Sequence record: SRR22947725_1442
Reading direction: 5' to 3' (one strand)
DNA length: 37,113 bases
Positions 1 through 9,005 of the stretch are shown here, piece after piece. A model generated the notes under the pieces. It was not told where the DNA came from. It was given only the letters and a program-made list of their open reading frames with translations, and searched no databases. Position 1 is the first letter of the stretch. Each line of letters opens with the position of its first letter. Both the position numbers and the translations under genes were made by a program.

Positions 1-66
1 AGGATAATTAAATACTCTTGTTACCTTAAAAAATATATGTGAGGGCTCTAAAGGAGAGGATTTTCT

Positions 67-750
67 ATGCCACATATTTTAATTGTTGATGATGAAAAAG
101 AAATATTAGACCCACTCAAAGAAATGCTTTTGAGTGAAGGCTATCACGTTACACCTTTTCTGAATCCACAGCGAGCATTAGAGTTTTTAAATAAAAATAC
201 TTTAGATATAGCGATATTTGATATTAAAATGCCAGAAATGAATGGTTATGAGTTGTTAACGCAAGCTAGGGTAAAAAATCCAAATCTTCCTGTAATATTT
301 TTATCTTCAAAATCAGATGAACAAGATCAAATAATTGGGTTTACTTTAGGAGCAGATGACTTTGTTGCTAAACCATTTAGTAAGCATTTATTATTGTTTA
401 GGATTAAATCTGTTTTAAAGCGCCATACAATTGAAATTCCCAGCGCGCATAAACCAATTATTATAAATAATCTTGAAATTGATATAGATAGACATTTAGT
501 GACCTGGAAAAGTCAAATTGTTAATTTAACAGTAACTGAATGTATGCTTTTAATAAGTTTGGCAAATAGGCCTGGTGCGGTTAAAAAACGTGAACAGCTT
601 ATGGATGCTGCATACCAGGATAACATTTATGTTAGTGATAGAACAATTGATAGTCACATAAGAAATATACGTAGAAAATTTGAAAATATTGATCAGTCAT
701 CTGATATTATTTTAACAGTCCATGGCCTGGGATATAAATTGAAAGCTTGA
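67..750 (+). CDS. OmpR-family response regulator, ChvI-like
   Basis: REC domain (ILIVDDE, FDIKMPEMNG, GADDFVAKPF) plus winged-helix tail LMDAAYQDNIYVSDRTIDSHIRNIRRKF, typical of ChvI. GGAGAGG SD at 53-59. Confidence 0.88.
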   Translation: MPHILIVDDEKEILDPLKEMLLSEGYHVTPFLNPQRALEFLNKNTLDIAIFDIKMPEMNGYELLTQARVKNPNLPVIFLSSKSDEQDQIIGFTLGADDFVAKPFSKHLLLFRIKSVLKRHTIEIPSAHKPIIINNLEIDIDRHLVTWKSQIVNLTVTECMLLISLANRPGAVKKREQLMDAAYQDNIYVSDRTIDSHIRNIRRKFENIDQSSDIILTVHGLGYKLKA

Positions 751-754
751 ATTT

Positions 755-2299
755 GTGCATAGTATTTTAACAAAAATATTTAGCCTGTTAATAATGTTTC
801 TAATTGCTCTTTGGGTATTATTCTTTGTGACCGATGATTTTGTAGAAAATGATATTTTAAATAAAAAGAATGATTTGCAATTAAAAGCTTCTTTTATGGG
901 CAAGATTGCAAGGCCGGCATTTGAAAATAACAAAGTAAGTGATTTCCAGTTAATGCTTGAAATGTATGATCTCTTTGATGATCCACAGTTGCTACCTGTA
1001 CATAAAATTAAAATATATCGTTATGAGGATGAAACAGATATAGGAAAAGGATTTGTTTATTATAATGGCACTTACCCAATAAAACGGTCTTCAATTGCAG
1101 TGACGCCTTTAGAGGCAATTGGAAGCCAAGGTCAAAATAATAAATGGTATGATTGGGATATCATGGGTGCATTATTTTCATATTATAGAAAATTAAGTGA
1201 TGCTCGAGTAGTTATGGCTCCTATTGTATCGAAAAGATCTAAATTTAACCCTCAATATCATGTAATTAAATCTGGAGAAAATACTTATGATATTCGTGTA
1301 TTGGCGCCAATTAAAGTCAATCGAAAAACTGTAGCGCTTATTGAGGTCTGGGAAGATTATGATTTAAAAAATGCATATTTTAGTAGAAATTCTCTTAGAG
1401 TTGCATTTTTAATAGGTATAAGTTTTATTACTTTAGTCTTTGGCCTGGCACTAGCGTTTTCAATAGCTTTTCCACTTAGACGTCTATCTAAAAGATTAAA
1501 TAGAAAGTTAACGCCTTCTGATTTGGCTGATCAAATGACTAATATGTCAGTAACTAGGCTTGCTTCAAGGAAAGATGAAATCGGCCTACTCCATAATAAT
1601 TTGACTAAATTAACAAAACAAATAATTCGCCTTTTTAGAGATAAGGAACAATTTGCCGCCGACGTATCGCATGAATTGAAAAATCCAATAGCATCAATTA
1701 TTGCACATGTTGAAAATAATTTAGAAACTGAAAATAGAAATAAAAACTCAGCTTTACTGAAAATTAAGAACCAAGCTCTTAGGATGAACAAGCTTGTTTC
1801 AGACATATCTGAGGCAGCAATTGTTGATCATGAGATTGTAGCAAAAAAACGGGAAAAATTTGATATAAGTAATATTGTAGATGAGATTGCAAAACATTAT
1901 ATTGATGAAATAAGAAATTCAAAAATTGAAATTAATATGACTTTACAAAAAAATATTAATTTTGATGGTTTGCCTGATAGGATTGCGCAAATTTTGATTA
2001 ATCTCATTGAAAATGCAATTAGTTTTAGCCATCCGACCGGTACCATAAATATTTCACTTGCTAGACGATGGAGAAAACCATTGACTTTGGTTGTAGAAGA
2101 TAGCGGGCCGGGTGTTCCTGAAAATATGCAAGAATTAATATTTGAAAGATTTTTTACTTCGCGTAGTGGCCATTCAGTTGTGAAAAATAGTTCTGGTCTG
2201 GGCCTATTTATGTGTCGTGAAATAGTTGAGGCTCATGGAGGTAAAATACATGTAGAAAGCTCCCAATTGGGCGGCGCAAAGTTTGTGGTAAGTTTATAA
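755..2299 (+). CDS. Membrane sensor histidine kinase, ChvG-like
   Basis: Two TM segments, HAMP (RKDEIGLL), H-box FAADVSHELKNP, N-box NLIENAISFS, G1 EDSGPG, G2 SGLGL. GTG start 4 nt after the regulator stop. Confidence 0.88.
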   Translation: MHSILTKIFSLLIMFLIALWVLFFVTDDFVENDILNKKNDLQLKASFMGKIARPAFENNKVSDFQLMLEMYDLFDDPQLLPVHKIKIYRYEDETDIGKGFVYYNGTYPIKRSSIAVTPLEAIGSQGQNNKWYDWDIMGALFSYYRKLSDARVVMAPIVSKRSKFNPQYHVIKSGENTYDIRVLAPIKVNRKTVALIEVWEDYDLKNAYFSRNSLRVAFLIGISFITLVFGLALAFSIAFPLRRLSKRLNRKLTPSDLADQMTNMSVTRLASRKDEIGLLHNNLTKLTKQIIRLFRDKEQFAADVSHELKNPIASIIAHVENNLETENRNKNSALLKIKNQALRMNKLVSDISEAAIVDHEIVAKKREKFDISNIVDEIAKHYIDEIRNSKIEINMTLQKNINFDGLPDRIAQILINLIENAISFSHPTGTINISLARRWRKPLTLVVEDSGPGVPENMQELIFERFFTSRSGHSVVKNSSGLGLFMCREIVEAHGGKIHVESSQLGGAKFVVSL

Positions 2300-2310
2300 T
2301 CTATAAGTAT

Positions 2311-3453
2311 TTATGCTCTTTTATTTTTATCATGCAAAAGTAATTCCTTTTTAAAATCTACAAAAGACATTTCTTCTTTAAGTGCTCGCCTAAATAGATT
2401 GGCTTGAGTTTCAGGTGCTAAACCATCAAGGGGAGGAGCCGTATCTAGATTTGTTGGAAATGAGTACCCTTCAGAACATGAGGTAATAGCTGCGTTTATT
2501 TCTGCTTCATTCATTTTATCACTATTTTTAGCTAAAATCGGATACAGCATTTTGGTCATTTCTGATCGATTAAGACTTTCCATGGCTCTTCCAAATGTCG
2601 ACGATACTTGAAGAAGATTTGCCATTCTATGTATATTCTTACTAATATTTGCTCCACCAGCATGATAAAGAGCAGGATTAAAAAATAATACATCACCTTT
2701 ATTGAGTGGTATTTGAATATAATTGTTCTCAAAGTATTCGCGAAAATCATGCTGACTAAAGGCTAGATAACCATGCCTATATATTTGGCTAAACGGTAAA
2801 AGTTTTGTTGGACCACTTTCAATGGGCATATCGACGTGTGCTATTGCTCCTTGCAAAGTGAGAGCTGGTGATAAATCGTGAACATGTGCAGGGTAACTTT
2901 CGGCGATTTCTTTAGTTTGAAAGCCTAGGTGATAATCTCGGTGGGGGCTCTGAGCAGCACCACTTGGGCGGACAAGATTAATTTGTGCAGTCATTTGGTA
3001 ATTAGGCCCCAACCAAGCTTTGCAAGCTGTATCAACTGCAAGATTGCTGAAGTATTTAGAAAAAGTTTGTGGATCATATTGGCAGAGTTTTTGTGCTGAA
3101 TTCCAAATTCTATCGTTTGCGCCTGAAGCGGCAAAATGATCTGCTTTATCCCCGGTGGCAGCTTTTTCATCTGCTATGATTTTTTCATAAATTGCAGATG
3201 CAGTATCAATAATTGAAGTATCAGGGTAAGCATTTTTTAAAACAAGAACACCCGAAGTCTTATGTAATATGTTTGCCCATTCTGTACGTAATAATTTGGT
3301 ATCTGATAAAAAATCTATTTTTGAAACATCATAAATTGGGACATTTTTTTGGATATCATGTGAAAGTGGCACTTCACTTTGTTGTAGGGTGCGATCTAAA
3401 GTTTTTGAAAACTCCACTAGATTACAATCGTTTATAGATAAATATTCTTGCAT
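2311..3453 (-). CDS. PhyH-family (phytanoyl-CoA dioxygenase-like) Fe(II)/2-oxoglutarate dioxygenase
   Basis: HxD motif PHRDYH, distal His YHAGGAN and Arg in HRMAN, and GDVLFFNP. Start moved to ATG 3453 (MQEYLS), which has a GGGAGA SD; the ORF-track TTG start at 3543 overlaps an operator palindrome. Confidence 0.85.
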   Translation of the reverse strand: MQEYLSINDCNLVEFSKTLDRTLQQSEVPLSHDIQKNVPIYDVSKIDFLSDTKLLRTEWANILHKTSGVLVLKNAYPDTSIIDTASAIYEKIIADEKAATGDKADHFAASGANDRIWNSAQKLCQYDPQTFSKYFSNLAVDTACKAWLGPNYQMTAQINLVRPSGAAQSPHRDYHLGFQTKEIAESYPAHVHDLSPALTLQGAIAHVDMPIESGPTKLLPFSQIYRHGYLAFSQHDFREYFENNYIQIPLNKGDVLFFNPALYHAGGANISKNIHRMANLLQVSSTFGRAMESLNRSEMTKMLYPILAKNSDKMNEAEINAAITSCSEGYSFPTNLDTAPPLDGLAPETQANLFRRALKEEMSFVDFKKELLLHDKNKRA

Positions 3454-3504
3454 TTTTATCTCCCAGGATGATTCATAAAATTTTGCATTTATTATTCTAC
3501 TAAT

Positions 3505-3520
3505 TTGCAACCGGTTGCAA
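3505..3520. promoter_or_regulatory. LacI-type operator 1 (TTGCAACCGGTTGCAA)
   Basis: Perfect 16-bp palindrome with central CG in the phyH/ABC divergent intergenic region; identical copy at 11037-11052. Confidence 0.85.
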
Positions 3521-3528
3521 GAAAATAA

Positions 3529-3542
3529 TGCAACCGGTTGCA
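3529..3542. promoter_or_regulatory. LacI-type operator 2 (TGCAACCGGTTGCA)
   Basis: Perfect 14-bp palindrome, centred 23 bp from operator 1. Confidence 0.85.
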
Positions 3543-3732
3543 AAACCTGCAGACTTGTCTAAAATTAACAACGAATCATGTTTATATTTATATTCTGTAT
3601 AAAAATATCTTAATTTGATTTAACGAATTTATAATTATCTTATGTAAATGCTCATAGTTAATTATTCATCTAGCCTTTTGTAGGGCCCCGGAAATATAAC
3701 CTGTGTACCGGGCACATTTTGGGAGGAATATT

Positions 3733-4671
3733 ATGAAAAAGACAATACTAGCTGGTGGATTAGTTGCCTTAATGGCAACAACAGCAGCAGCTCAAGAAAT
3801 TGGAGCTACATTTTCACGATTTGATGATAACTGGTTAACAGTACTGCGTACTGGCATGGTTGAGTATGCTGGAACTATTGATGGTTTGTCATATCAACAA
3901 GAAGATGCGACTGATGATCTTGCTAAGCAAATTGACCAAGTTAAAAACTTTGTTGCCTCTGGTGTAGATGCTATAATTGTTAACATAGTTGATACATCCG
4001 CTGGTGCAGCAGTTTCTGCAGCTGCAGGAGATACACCGCTTGTATATGTTAACCGTGAGCCTGATAATGTGGACGTTTTACCATCTACACAAGCTTTTGT
4101 TGCATCAAATGAAATTGAATCGGGTACATTATCTGGTTTCGAAATTTGTAAAAACTTACGAGCTGCAGGTAAAGCTGGCGGCGCAACAGGATATTTGATG
4201 AACGGCCAATTATCTAACCAAGCTGCAGTACAGCGTTCAAAAGATGTGCACGATGTTATTGGTATGGATATGTGTAACTTCATGACTATTATCGATGAGC
4301 AAACAGCTAATTGGTCACGTGACGAAGCGCAAGATCTAATGACTAACTGGATGTCTTCTGGTGAACCATTCGATTTTGTTCTTGCAAATAATGATGAAAT
4401 GGCAATTGGAGCTATTCAAGCAATGAAAGCTGCTGGAATGGATATGGCTGATGTACAAGTTGGTGGTGTTGATGCATCTCAAGACGCATTATTAGCAATG
4501 GCAGCAGGCGATTATGATGTAACAGTATTCCAAGATTCTGTTGGTCAAGGTACAGGTTCAATTGATACAGCACTTCGTATTATTGCAGGCGAGAAAGTTG
4601 ACAAAAAAGTATACATCCCGTTTGTTTTAGTTACTCCAGACAACATGGGTGATTTCCTTGATAAGAACTAA
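3733..4671 (+). CDS. Sugar ABC transporter periplasmic binding protein (inositol/cyclitol, RbsB-like fold)
   Basis: Signal peptide MKKTILAGGLVALMATTAAA; motifs FDDNWLTVLR, VYVNR, ANWSR, ANNDEMAIGA. ATG 3733 follows GGGAGG SD. Adjacent to iol genes. Confidence 0.9.
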   Translation: MKKTILAGGLVALMATTAAAQEIGATFSRFDDNWLTVLRTGMVEYAGTIDGLSYQQEDATDDLAKQIDQVKNFVASGVDAIIVNIVDTSAGAAVSAAAGDTPLVYVNREPDNVDVLPSTQAFVASNEIESGTLSGFEICKNLRAAGKAGGATGYLMNGQLSNQAAVQRSKDVHDVIGMDMCNFMTIIDEQTANWSRDEAQDLMTNWMSSGEPFDFVLANNDEMAIGAIQAMKAAGMDMADVQVGGVDASQDALLAMAAGDYDVTVFQDSVGQGTGSIDTALRIIAGEKVDKKVYIPFVLVTPDNMGDFLDKN

Positions 4672-4694
4672 GCTTTTTTGATAAAGCTAAACCA

Positions 4695-4723
4695 TTGAGG
4701 CGGCGCTATTTGTGCCGCCTTGA
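4695..4723 (+). terminator. GC-rich stem-loop after the binding-protein gene (mRNA-stabilising hairpin or partial terminator)
   Basis: TTGAGGCGGCGC-TATTT-GTGCCGCCTTGA, 12-bp stem including three G-U pairs, in the usual position between SBP and permease. Confidence 0.65.
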
Positions 4724-4755
4724 ATTTATAAAATGCTCAACAGGGAGCTAAATTT

Positions 4756-5829
4756 ATGTCAGATACAAGCCAAGGAACCGGCGGACTAACCTTCGATAAG
4801 ACTAAACGATCTTGGCCAAGTGAACTAAACGTTTTGATGGCATTGATAATTATTATAGTAATTTTTGAGGCTCTCGGGCAAATCTTACCGTATATGAAAG
4901 ACCAGAGTTTCCTGTTTGATTCCCGTGATCGGTTTGATTCCATATTCAATGAAGCCAGATTAAAGATCATAATTTTGCAAGTTGCAATTATTGGAATTAT
5001 TGCTCTTGGTGTATCGCAAGTTATTATAACTGCAGGTATTGACCTAAGTTCTGGGCCTTTAGTTGCAGCTACTGCAATGATTGCGATGAGTTTTGGACAA
5101 ACTGAACTGGTAAATGGATACGCTAACCCAAAAGCACTTTTTGGGACTTGGGCTATGGACCTTCCCGTTATTATACCAATTGTTGTTGGTTTATCTTTTG
5201 GTGCTTTTATAGGTGCTATAAACGGTACTTTTATTGCTATTTTCAAAATCCCACCATTCATAGCTACACTTGGTATGTTTTTAATTTGCCGAGGTATTGC
5301 CTTGTGGTGGTCATCTGGGAATCCAATTTCATTTCCCACTGATCAATATAAAGCCATTGGAGATGGTATGATGCCAGTTGTCTGGTTTCTATCTTTGGCA
5401 GTAATTTTTCATTTGATTATGCGGTACACGGTTTATGGAAAACATACATATGCTATTGGCTCAAATGAAGAAGCTGCACGGATGTCTGGAATAAATGTTA
5501 AGCGTCATAAAATAATGGTTTATATGATTGCTGCTATGTTAGCAGCTTTTGCTGGCGTTGTATTAAGTTCAAAGGCTTCAACAGCCCAAGCTGGCATGGG
5601 CGAGTTCTATGAATTATTTGCAATTGCTATGGCAGTGATTGGTGGAATTAGTCTGACAGGTGGTCGTGGTTCAATTATAGGAACAGTACTTGGTGCAATG
5701 GTGCTTGGGGTAATTCGATCTGGTTTTACTTATATTAAATTAGATGGGTCGTATCAGCTTATGGCTATGGGTGCGATTATTATCTCTGCGGTTATTTTAG
5801 ATCAATATCGCCAACATAAAAAAGCTTAG
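4756..5829 (+). CDS. Sugar ABC transporter permease (RbsC/CUT2 family)
   Basis: GIDLSSG, PPFIATLG, YAIGSNEEAARMSGINV, YELFAIAMAVIGGISLTGGRG; many TM helices. Confidence 0.93.
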   Translation: MSDTSQGTGGLTFDKTKRSWPSELNVLMALIIIIVIFEALGQILPYMKDQSFLFDSRDRFDSIFNEARLKIIILQVAIIGIIALGVSQVIITAGIDLSSGPLVAATAMIAMSFGQTELVNGYANPKALFGTWAMDLPVIIPIVVGLSFGAFIGAINGTFIAIFKIPPFIATLGMFLICRGIALWWSSGNPISFPTDQYKAIGDGMMPVVWFLSLAVIFHLIMRYTVYGKHTYAIGSNEEAARMSGINVKRHKIMVYMIAAMLAAFAGVVLSSKASTAQAGMGEFYELFAIAMAVIGGISLTGGRGSIIGTVLGAMVLGVIRSGFTYIKLDGSYQLMAMGAIIISAVILDQYRQHKKA

Positions 5830-5843
5830 CTAGGAGTATAAAA

Positions 5844-6626
5844 ATGAACGAAGAGTTTGTTCTAAAGACGGAAGATCTTACTAAGCACTACGGTGGTGTT
5901 CGCGCACTTGAGGGTGCAAACTTTCAACTAAAAAAAGGTGAGCATGTAGCCATTATGGGTGACAATGGTGCAGGAAAATCAACATTTGTAAGGCAAATTA
6001 CTGGCGTTGAACAGCGTACACGTGGCACTGTTATTTTCGATGGCCAAAAAGTTGATTTTAAAGGACCAATTGAAGCGAGAGAATCTGGTATAGAAACTGT
6101 ATTCCAAACATTGGCTCTAGCAGATCACTTGGATGTACCTGACAATTTATTTCTAGGGCGTGAGAAAACAAAATGGGATTGGCTTGGTCCGTTCCGATTA
6201 CTTGATTATAAAGCAATGCGTAAAGATACGATGGATGCATTGGAAAAAACTGGTGTAAAAATACCAAATATACATAATACAATTGAGAAGATGTCGGGCG
6301 GTCAAAGGCAATGTGTGGCTATTGCACGTACGGCTTCGTTTCATTCTAAATTGACAATTATGGATGAGCCTACGGCAGCGCTTGGTGTTCAGGAAACTGA
6401 ACAAGTAGAGAATATTATTCGCCAACTTAAGGAACAAGGTGAACCATTAATTTTAGTTAGTCATAATATGCGACAAGTATTTGATTTAGTTGATCGTATT
6501 GTAGTCTTTAGGCGTGGACAGATTTGTGCAAATCTTGATATAAAAAATGGTGACTATACTGGTGAAGATGTTGTAGCATATATTACTGGCGCCAAAACTG
6601 GTGCAGAATATGAAAGTATTGCGTGA
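5844..6626 (+). CDS. Sugar ABC transporter ATP-binding protein (single NBD)
   Basis: Walker A GDNGAGKST, signature MSGGQRQ, Walker B TIMDEPTAALG, H-loop SHN. Confidence 0.93.
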   Translation: MNEEFVLKTEDLTKHYGGVRALEGANFQLKKGEHVAIMGDNGAGKSTFVRQITGVEQRTRGTVIFDGQKVDFKGPIEARESGIETVFQTLALADHLDVPDNLFLGREKTKWDWLGPFRLLDYKAMRKDTMDALEKTGVKIPNIHNTIEKMSGGQRQCVAIARTASFHSKLTIMDEPTAALGVQETEQVENIIRQLKEQGEPLILVSHNMRQVFDLVDRIVVFRRGQICANLDIKNGDYTGEDVVAYITGAKTGAEYESIA

Positions 6627-6820
6627 AATTACTTGATTTAAACAACCCCTTTTTTGCGCCTCTTTGGAGGCGAGTTGTAGTTGTTTGTATTTTGTTTTTT
6701 TGGGGTCTAGTGGAGCTCTATACTTCAAATATAATTTGGGCAGTGCTTTTCCTAACTCTTGCATGTATATGTTTATGGAAATTTTATACAATTAATTATA
6801 CCCAAAAACCTAAAGATTAA
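6623..6820 (+). CDS. Small two-TM membrane protein of unknown function
   Basis: GTG start overlaps the ATPase TGA (GTGA). Pattern PFFAPLWRR..WGLVE..W resembles small proteins I recall next to alphaproteobacterial sugar ABC operons. Fills the gap to the LacI gene. Confidence 0.7.
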   Translation: MKLLDLNNPFFAPLWRRVVVVCILFFWGLVELYTSNIIWAVLFLTLACICLWKFYTINYTQKPKD

Positions 6821-6834
6821 TTTAGGAGAGATAT

Positions 6835-7836
6835 ATGATCGTAACGCTAAAGGATGTCGCTGAACTAGCCGGCGTGTCTCGTTCAGCAGTTTCACGAACT
6901 TATACCGAAGGCGCCTCAGTTTCTTTAAAGACTCGTGAAAAAGTAAAAAAAGCAGCTTTAGAGCTTGGGTACAGTCCGAATGCATTGGCATCGTCGCTAA
7001 CAACTGGCCGCACTAAGATGATTGGGCTGGTTTCAAATAATTTTAGAAATCCATTTTTTTTAGAGGTATTTGATTTATTTACACGTGGATTACAGGAGCG
7101 TGGACTTCGCCCTCTTTTAGTAAATCTTTCAGAAGAGACTGAACCAGAAGCATCTATAAAGATGTTGCGACAGTATTCTGTTGATGGTGTTATAGTAGCC
7201 TCATCAACTTTAAAACCAGGATTTTCAAAAGCATTTAAAGATGCTGGTTTTCCAGTAGTTCACCCATTTGGAAGTCATAGTGAAAACCCTATAGTTGATG
7301 TGCTTGGTATTGATAATATAATGGCTGGTAGAATGGCTGCCCTAACATTAATTGCAAGGGGTTATAGTAAAATTGCTTTTTTAGGTGGTCCGCAAACTGC
7401 TACAACGACAATAGATCGTGGAAAAGGTTTTCTTAGCGTAATAGATGCTCATTCAAATTGTAGCTGTTCTACAAGCTTTGCAACTGAATATTCTTTTGAG
7501 GCGGGTAGGTCATCAATGCTTGAATTAATGAAGGGAAAGCTTGCAGAGGCATATTTTTGTGCTGATGATGTACTTTCAATTGGCGCATTGTCTGCATTAC
7601 AAAGCGGTGGATATGGTGTGCCTAAAGATGTTGGTATTATAGGTTTAAATAATATGGAAATGGCAAGCTGGGATAATATCAATTTAACAACTATAAGTAA
7701 TCCTTTACCAGAAATAATATCGGCATCTATCGACCGCGTATCTGCAATAGTTGAAAATGCATCCATTCGTCCAGAGGGGCAATTATTTGAATGCAAAGTT
7801 ATAGAGCGCGGGACGCTTCGTCCCCCGCTCAAATAG
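6835..7836 (+). CDS. LacI-family transcriptional regulator (likely repressor of the inositol island)
   Basis: HTH VTLKDVAELAGVSRSAVSR, hinge LGYSPNALASSL, C-terminal LTTI..VIERGT. AGGAG SD. Confidence 0.93.
   Translation: MIVTLKDVAELAGVSRSAVSRTYTEGASVSLKTREKVKKAALELGYSPNALASSLTTGRTKMIGLVSNNFRNPFFLEVFDLFTRGLQERGLRPLLVNLSEETEPEASIKMLRQYSVDGVIVASSTLKPGFSKAFKDAGFPVVHPFGSHSENPIVDVLGIDNIMAGRMAALTLIARGYSKIAFLGGPQTATTTIDRGKGFLSVIDAHSNCSCSTSFATEYSFEAGRSSMLELMKGKLAEAYFCADDVLSIGALSALQSGGYGVPKDVGIIGLNNMEMASWDNINLTTISNPLPEIISASIDRVSAIVENASIRPEGQLFECKVIERGTLRPPLK
7804..7830. terminator. GC-rich hairpin embedded in the last codons of the LacI gene; probable terminator for the convergent transcripts
   Basis: GAGCGCGGGACG-CTT-CGTCCCCCGCTC, 11 of 12 pairs, 10 nt downstream of the minus-strand stop at 7841. 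The intergenic gap is only 4 nt. Confidence 0.55.
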
Positions 7837-7840
7837 TATT

Positions 7841-8995
7841 TTATTGAAACATTGGTGGCCGAGCATCTAGCCACTCGCCGTTCTTTTTTCCAGATTTTGC
7901 AACTGCAACAACTGCAGCCATAGACCTTAAGCCATCAACTGCTTTGGGATAAAGGTTGGCTGCGGGATCCATTGTTCGCCCTTCTTTTTTTGCATTTATT
8001 GCTTCTGCTAAATCTGTATAAATATTTGCAAAAGCAAGAGGCATTCCTTCCGCATGGCCAATTGTCACGCGCGATGTACGATCCGCTTCTGGAGATAAGT
8101 TGGCTTCACCTCGCTCAATAATCTGTAGGCGTTTATTCAACGGCATATAAAAAAGTTGATTTGGTTGCTCTTGGCTCCACTTTAACCCGCCGGTTTCTCC
8201 AAAAACTTGAATGCCCAATCCATGCTGACGCCCTATAGCAATTGAAGATGTCCAGAGGCGCCCAACAGCTCCTCCATCCATTCTGAAATTTACCATTGCA
8301 TCATCTTCTAAAACACGTTGTTCTAAACAAGATACTGTATCTGCTGAAAGCTTTGTGACTTCTTGACCAGTTACAAAGCTAGCCATGTGCATTGCATGTA
8401 TACCACAATCTGCAAATTGTGCGCTAACACCTGCTTGTGCTGGATCATATCGCCATCGAACACGTGGGTTATCTGCATCTTCTGCGTCAGCATGATGCCC
8501 ATGGGAAAATTCAGCATTTACTAACCGTATTTTACCTATGTCACCTCTTTTAATCATAGCTTTCATATGGCGCACTAAGCTATAGCCTGTATAACCGTAA
8601 TTAACTGCGCAAATTTTACCTGATTTTTGAGAAATTTTAACAATTTCTTCGCCTTCTTCCACAGTCATGGTCATTGGTTTTTCACATAAAACGTTAAACC
8701 CGCCCTCTAAGAATTCTTTTGTAATTTCAAAATGAGTAGAATTTGGCGTAGCTACAGTTACAAGGTCAATTCTATCATCGCGGTTTTTTTCAGCAGCTAG
8801 CATCTCCTGCCAACTACCATAAGCGCGATCTCCTAAGCCAAGTCTTTTACCGTAGTCAATTCCTTCTTCAGGACGATGATCTAATGCACCAGCACTAAAT
8901 TCGAACAGACCATCTAGCCCTGACCCTAAGCGATGAGCAGGGCCAATTTGACTACCCTCACCTCCACCTATCATTCCCCATTGTAACTTTTTCAT
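7841..8995 (-). CDS. Gfo/Idh/MocA-family oxidoreductase
   Basis: GMIGGGEGSQIG, ATPNSTH, CEKP, DCGIHA, GHAEG. Start set at MKKLQW (8995) with AGGAG SD. Confidence 0.9.
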   Translation of the reverse strand: MKKLQWGMIGGGEGSQIGPAHRLGSGLDGLFEFSAGALDHRPEEGIDYGKRLGLGDRAYGSWQEMLAAEKNRDDRIDLVTVATPNSTHFEITKEFLEGGFNVLCEKPMTMTVEEGEEIVKISQKSGKICAVNYGYTGYSLVRHMKAMIKRGDIGKIRLVNAEFSHGHHADAEDADNPRVRWRYDPAQAGVSAQFADCGIHAMHMASFVTGQEVTKLSADTVSCLEQRVLEDDAMVNFRMDGGAVGRLWTSSIAIGRQHGLGIQVFGETGGLKWSQEQPNQLFYMPLNKRLQIIERGEANLSPEADRTSRVTIGHAEGMPLAFANIYTDLAEAINAKKEGRTMDPAANLYPKAVDGLRSMAAVVAVAKSGKKNGEWLDARPPMFQ

Positions 8996-9005
8996 ATGAG
9001 TTCTC

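Noticed and set aside
3454-3543. Shared N-terminal peptide MQPVA on the ORF-track proteins 2311..3543 and 9910..11052
   Set aside because: Artefact: both ORFs were extended to a TTG at the same operator palindrome. Downstream ATGs with SD sequences (3453, 11013) are the likely starts.
3683-3716. GC-rich patch in the binding-protein leader as a riboswitch or sRNA
   Set aside because: Only 5-bp alternative stems and no recognisable family pattern; insufficient evidence.
3894-5342. Antisense or out-of-frame ORFs over the ABC genes (3894..4283, 3989..4198, 4737..5339, 5148..5342)
   Set aside because: Shadows of well-supported genes; no motifs or independent translation signals.
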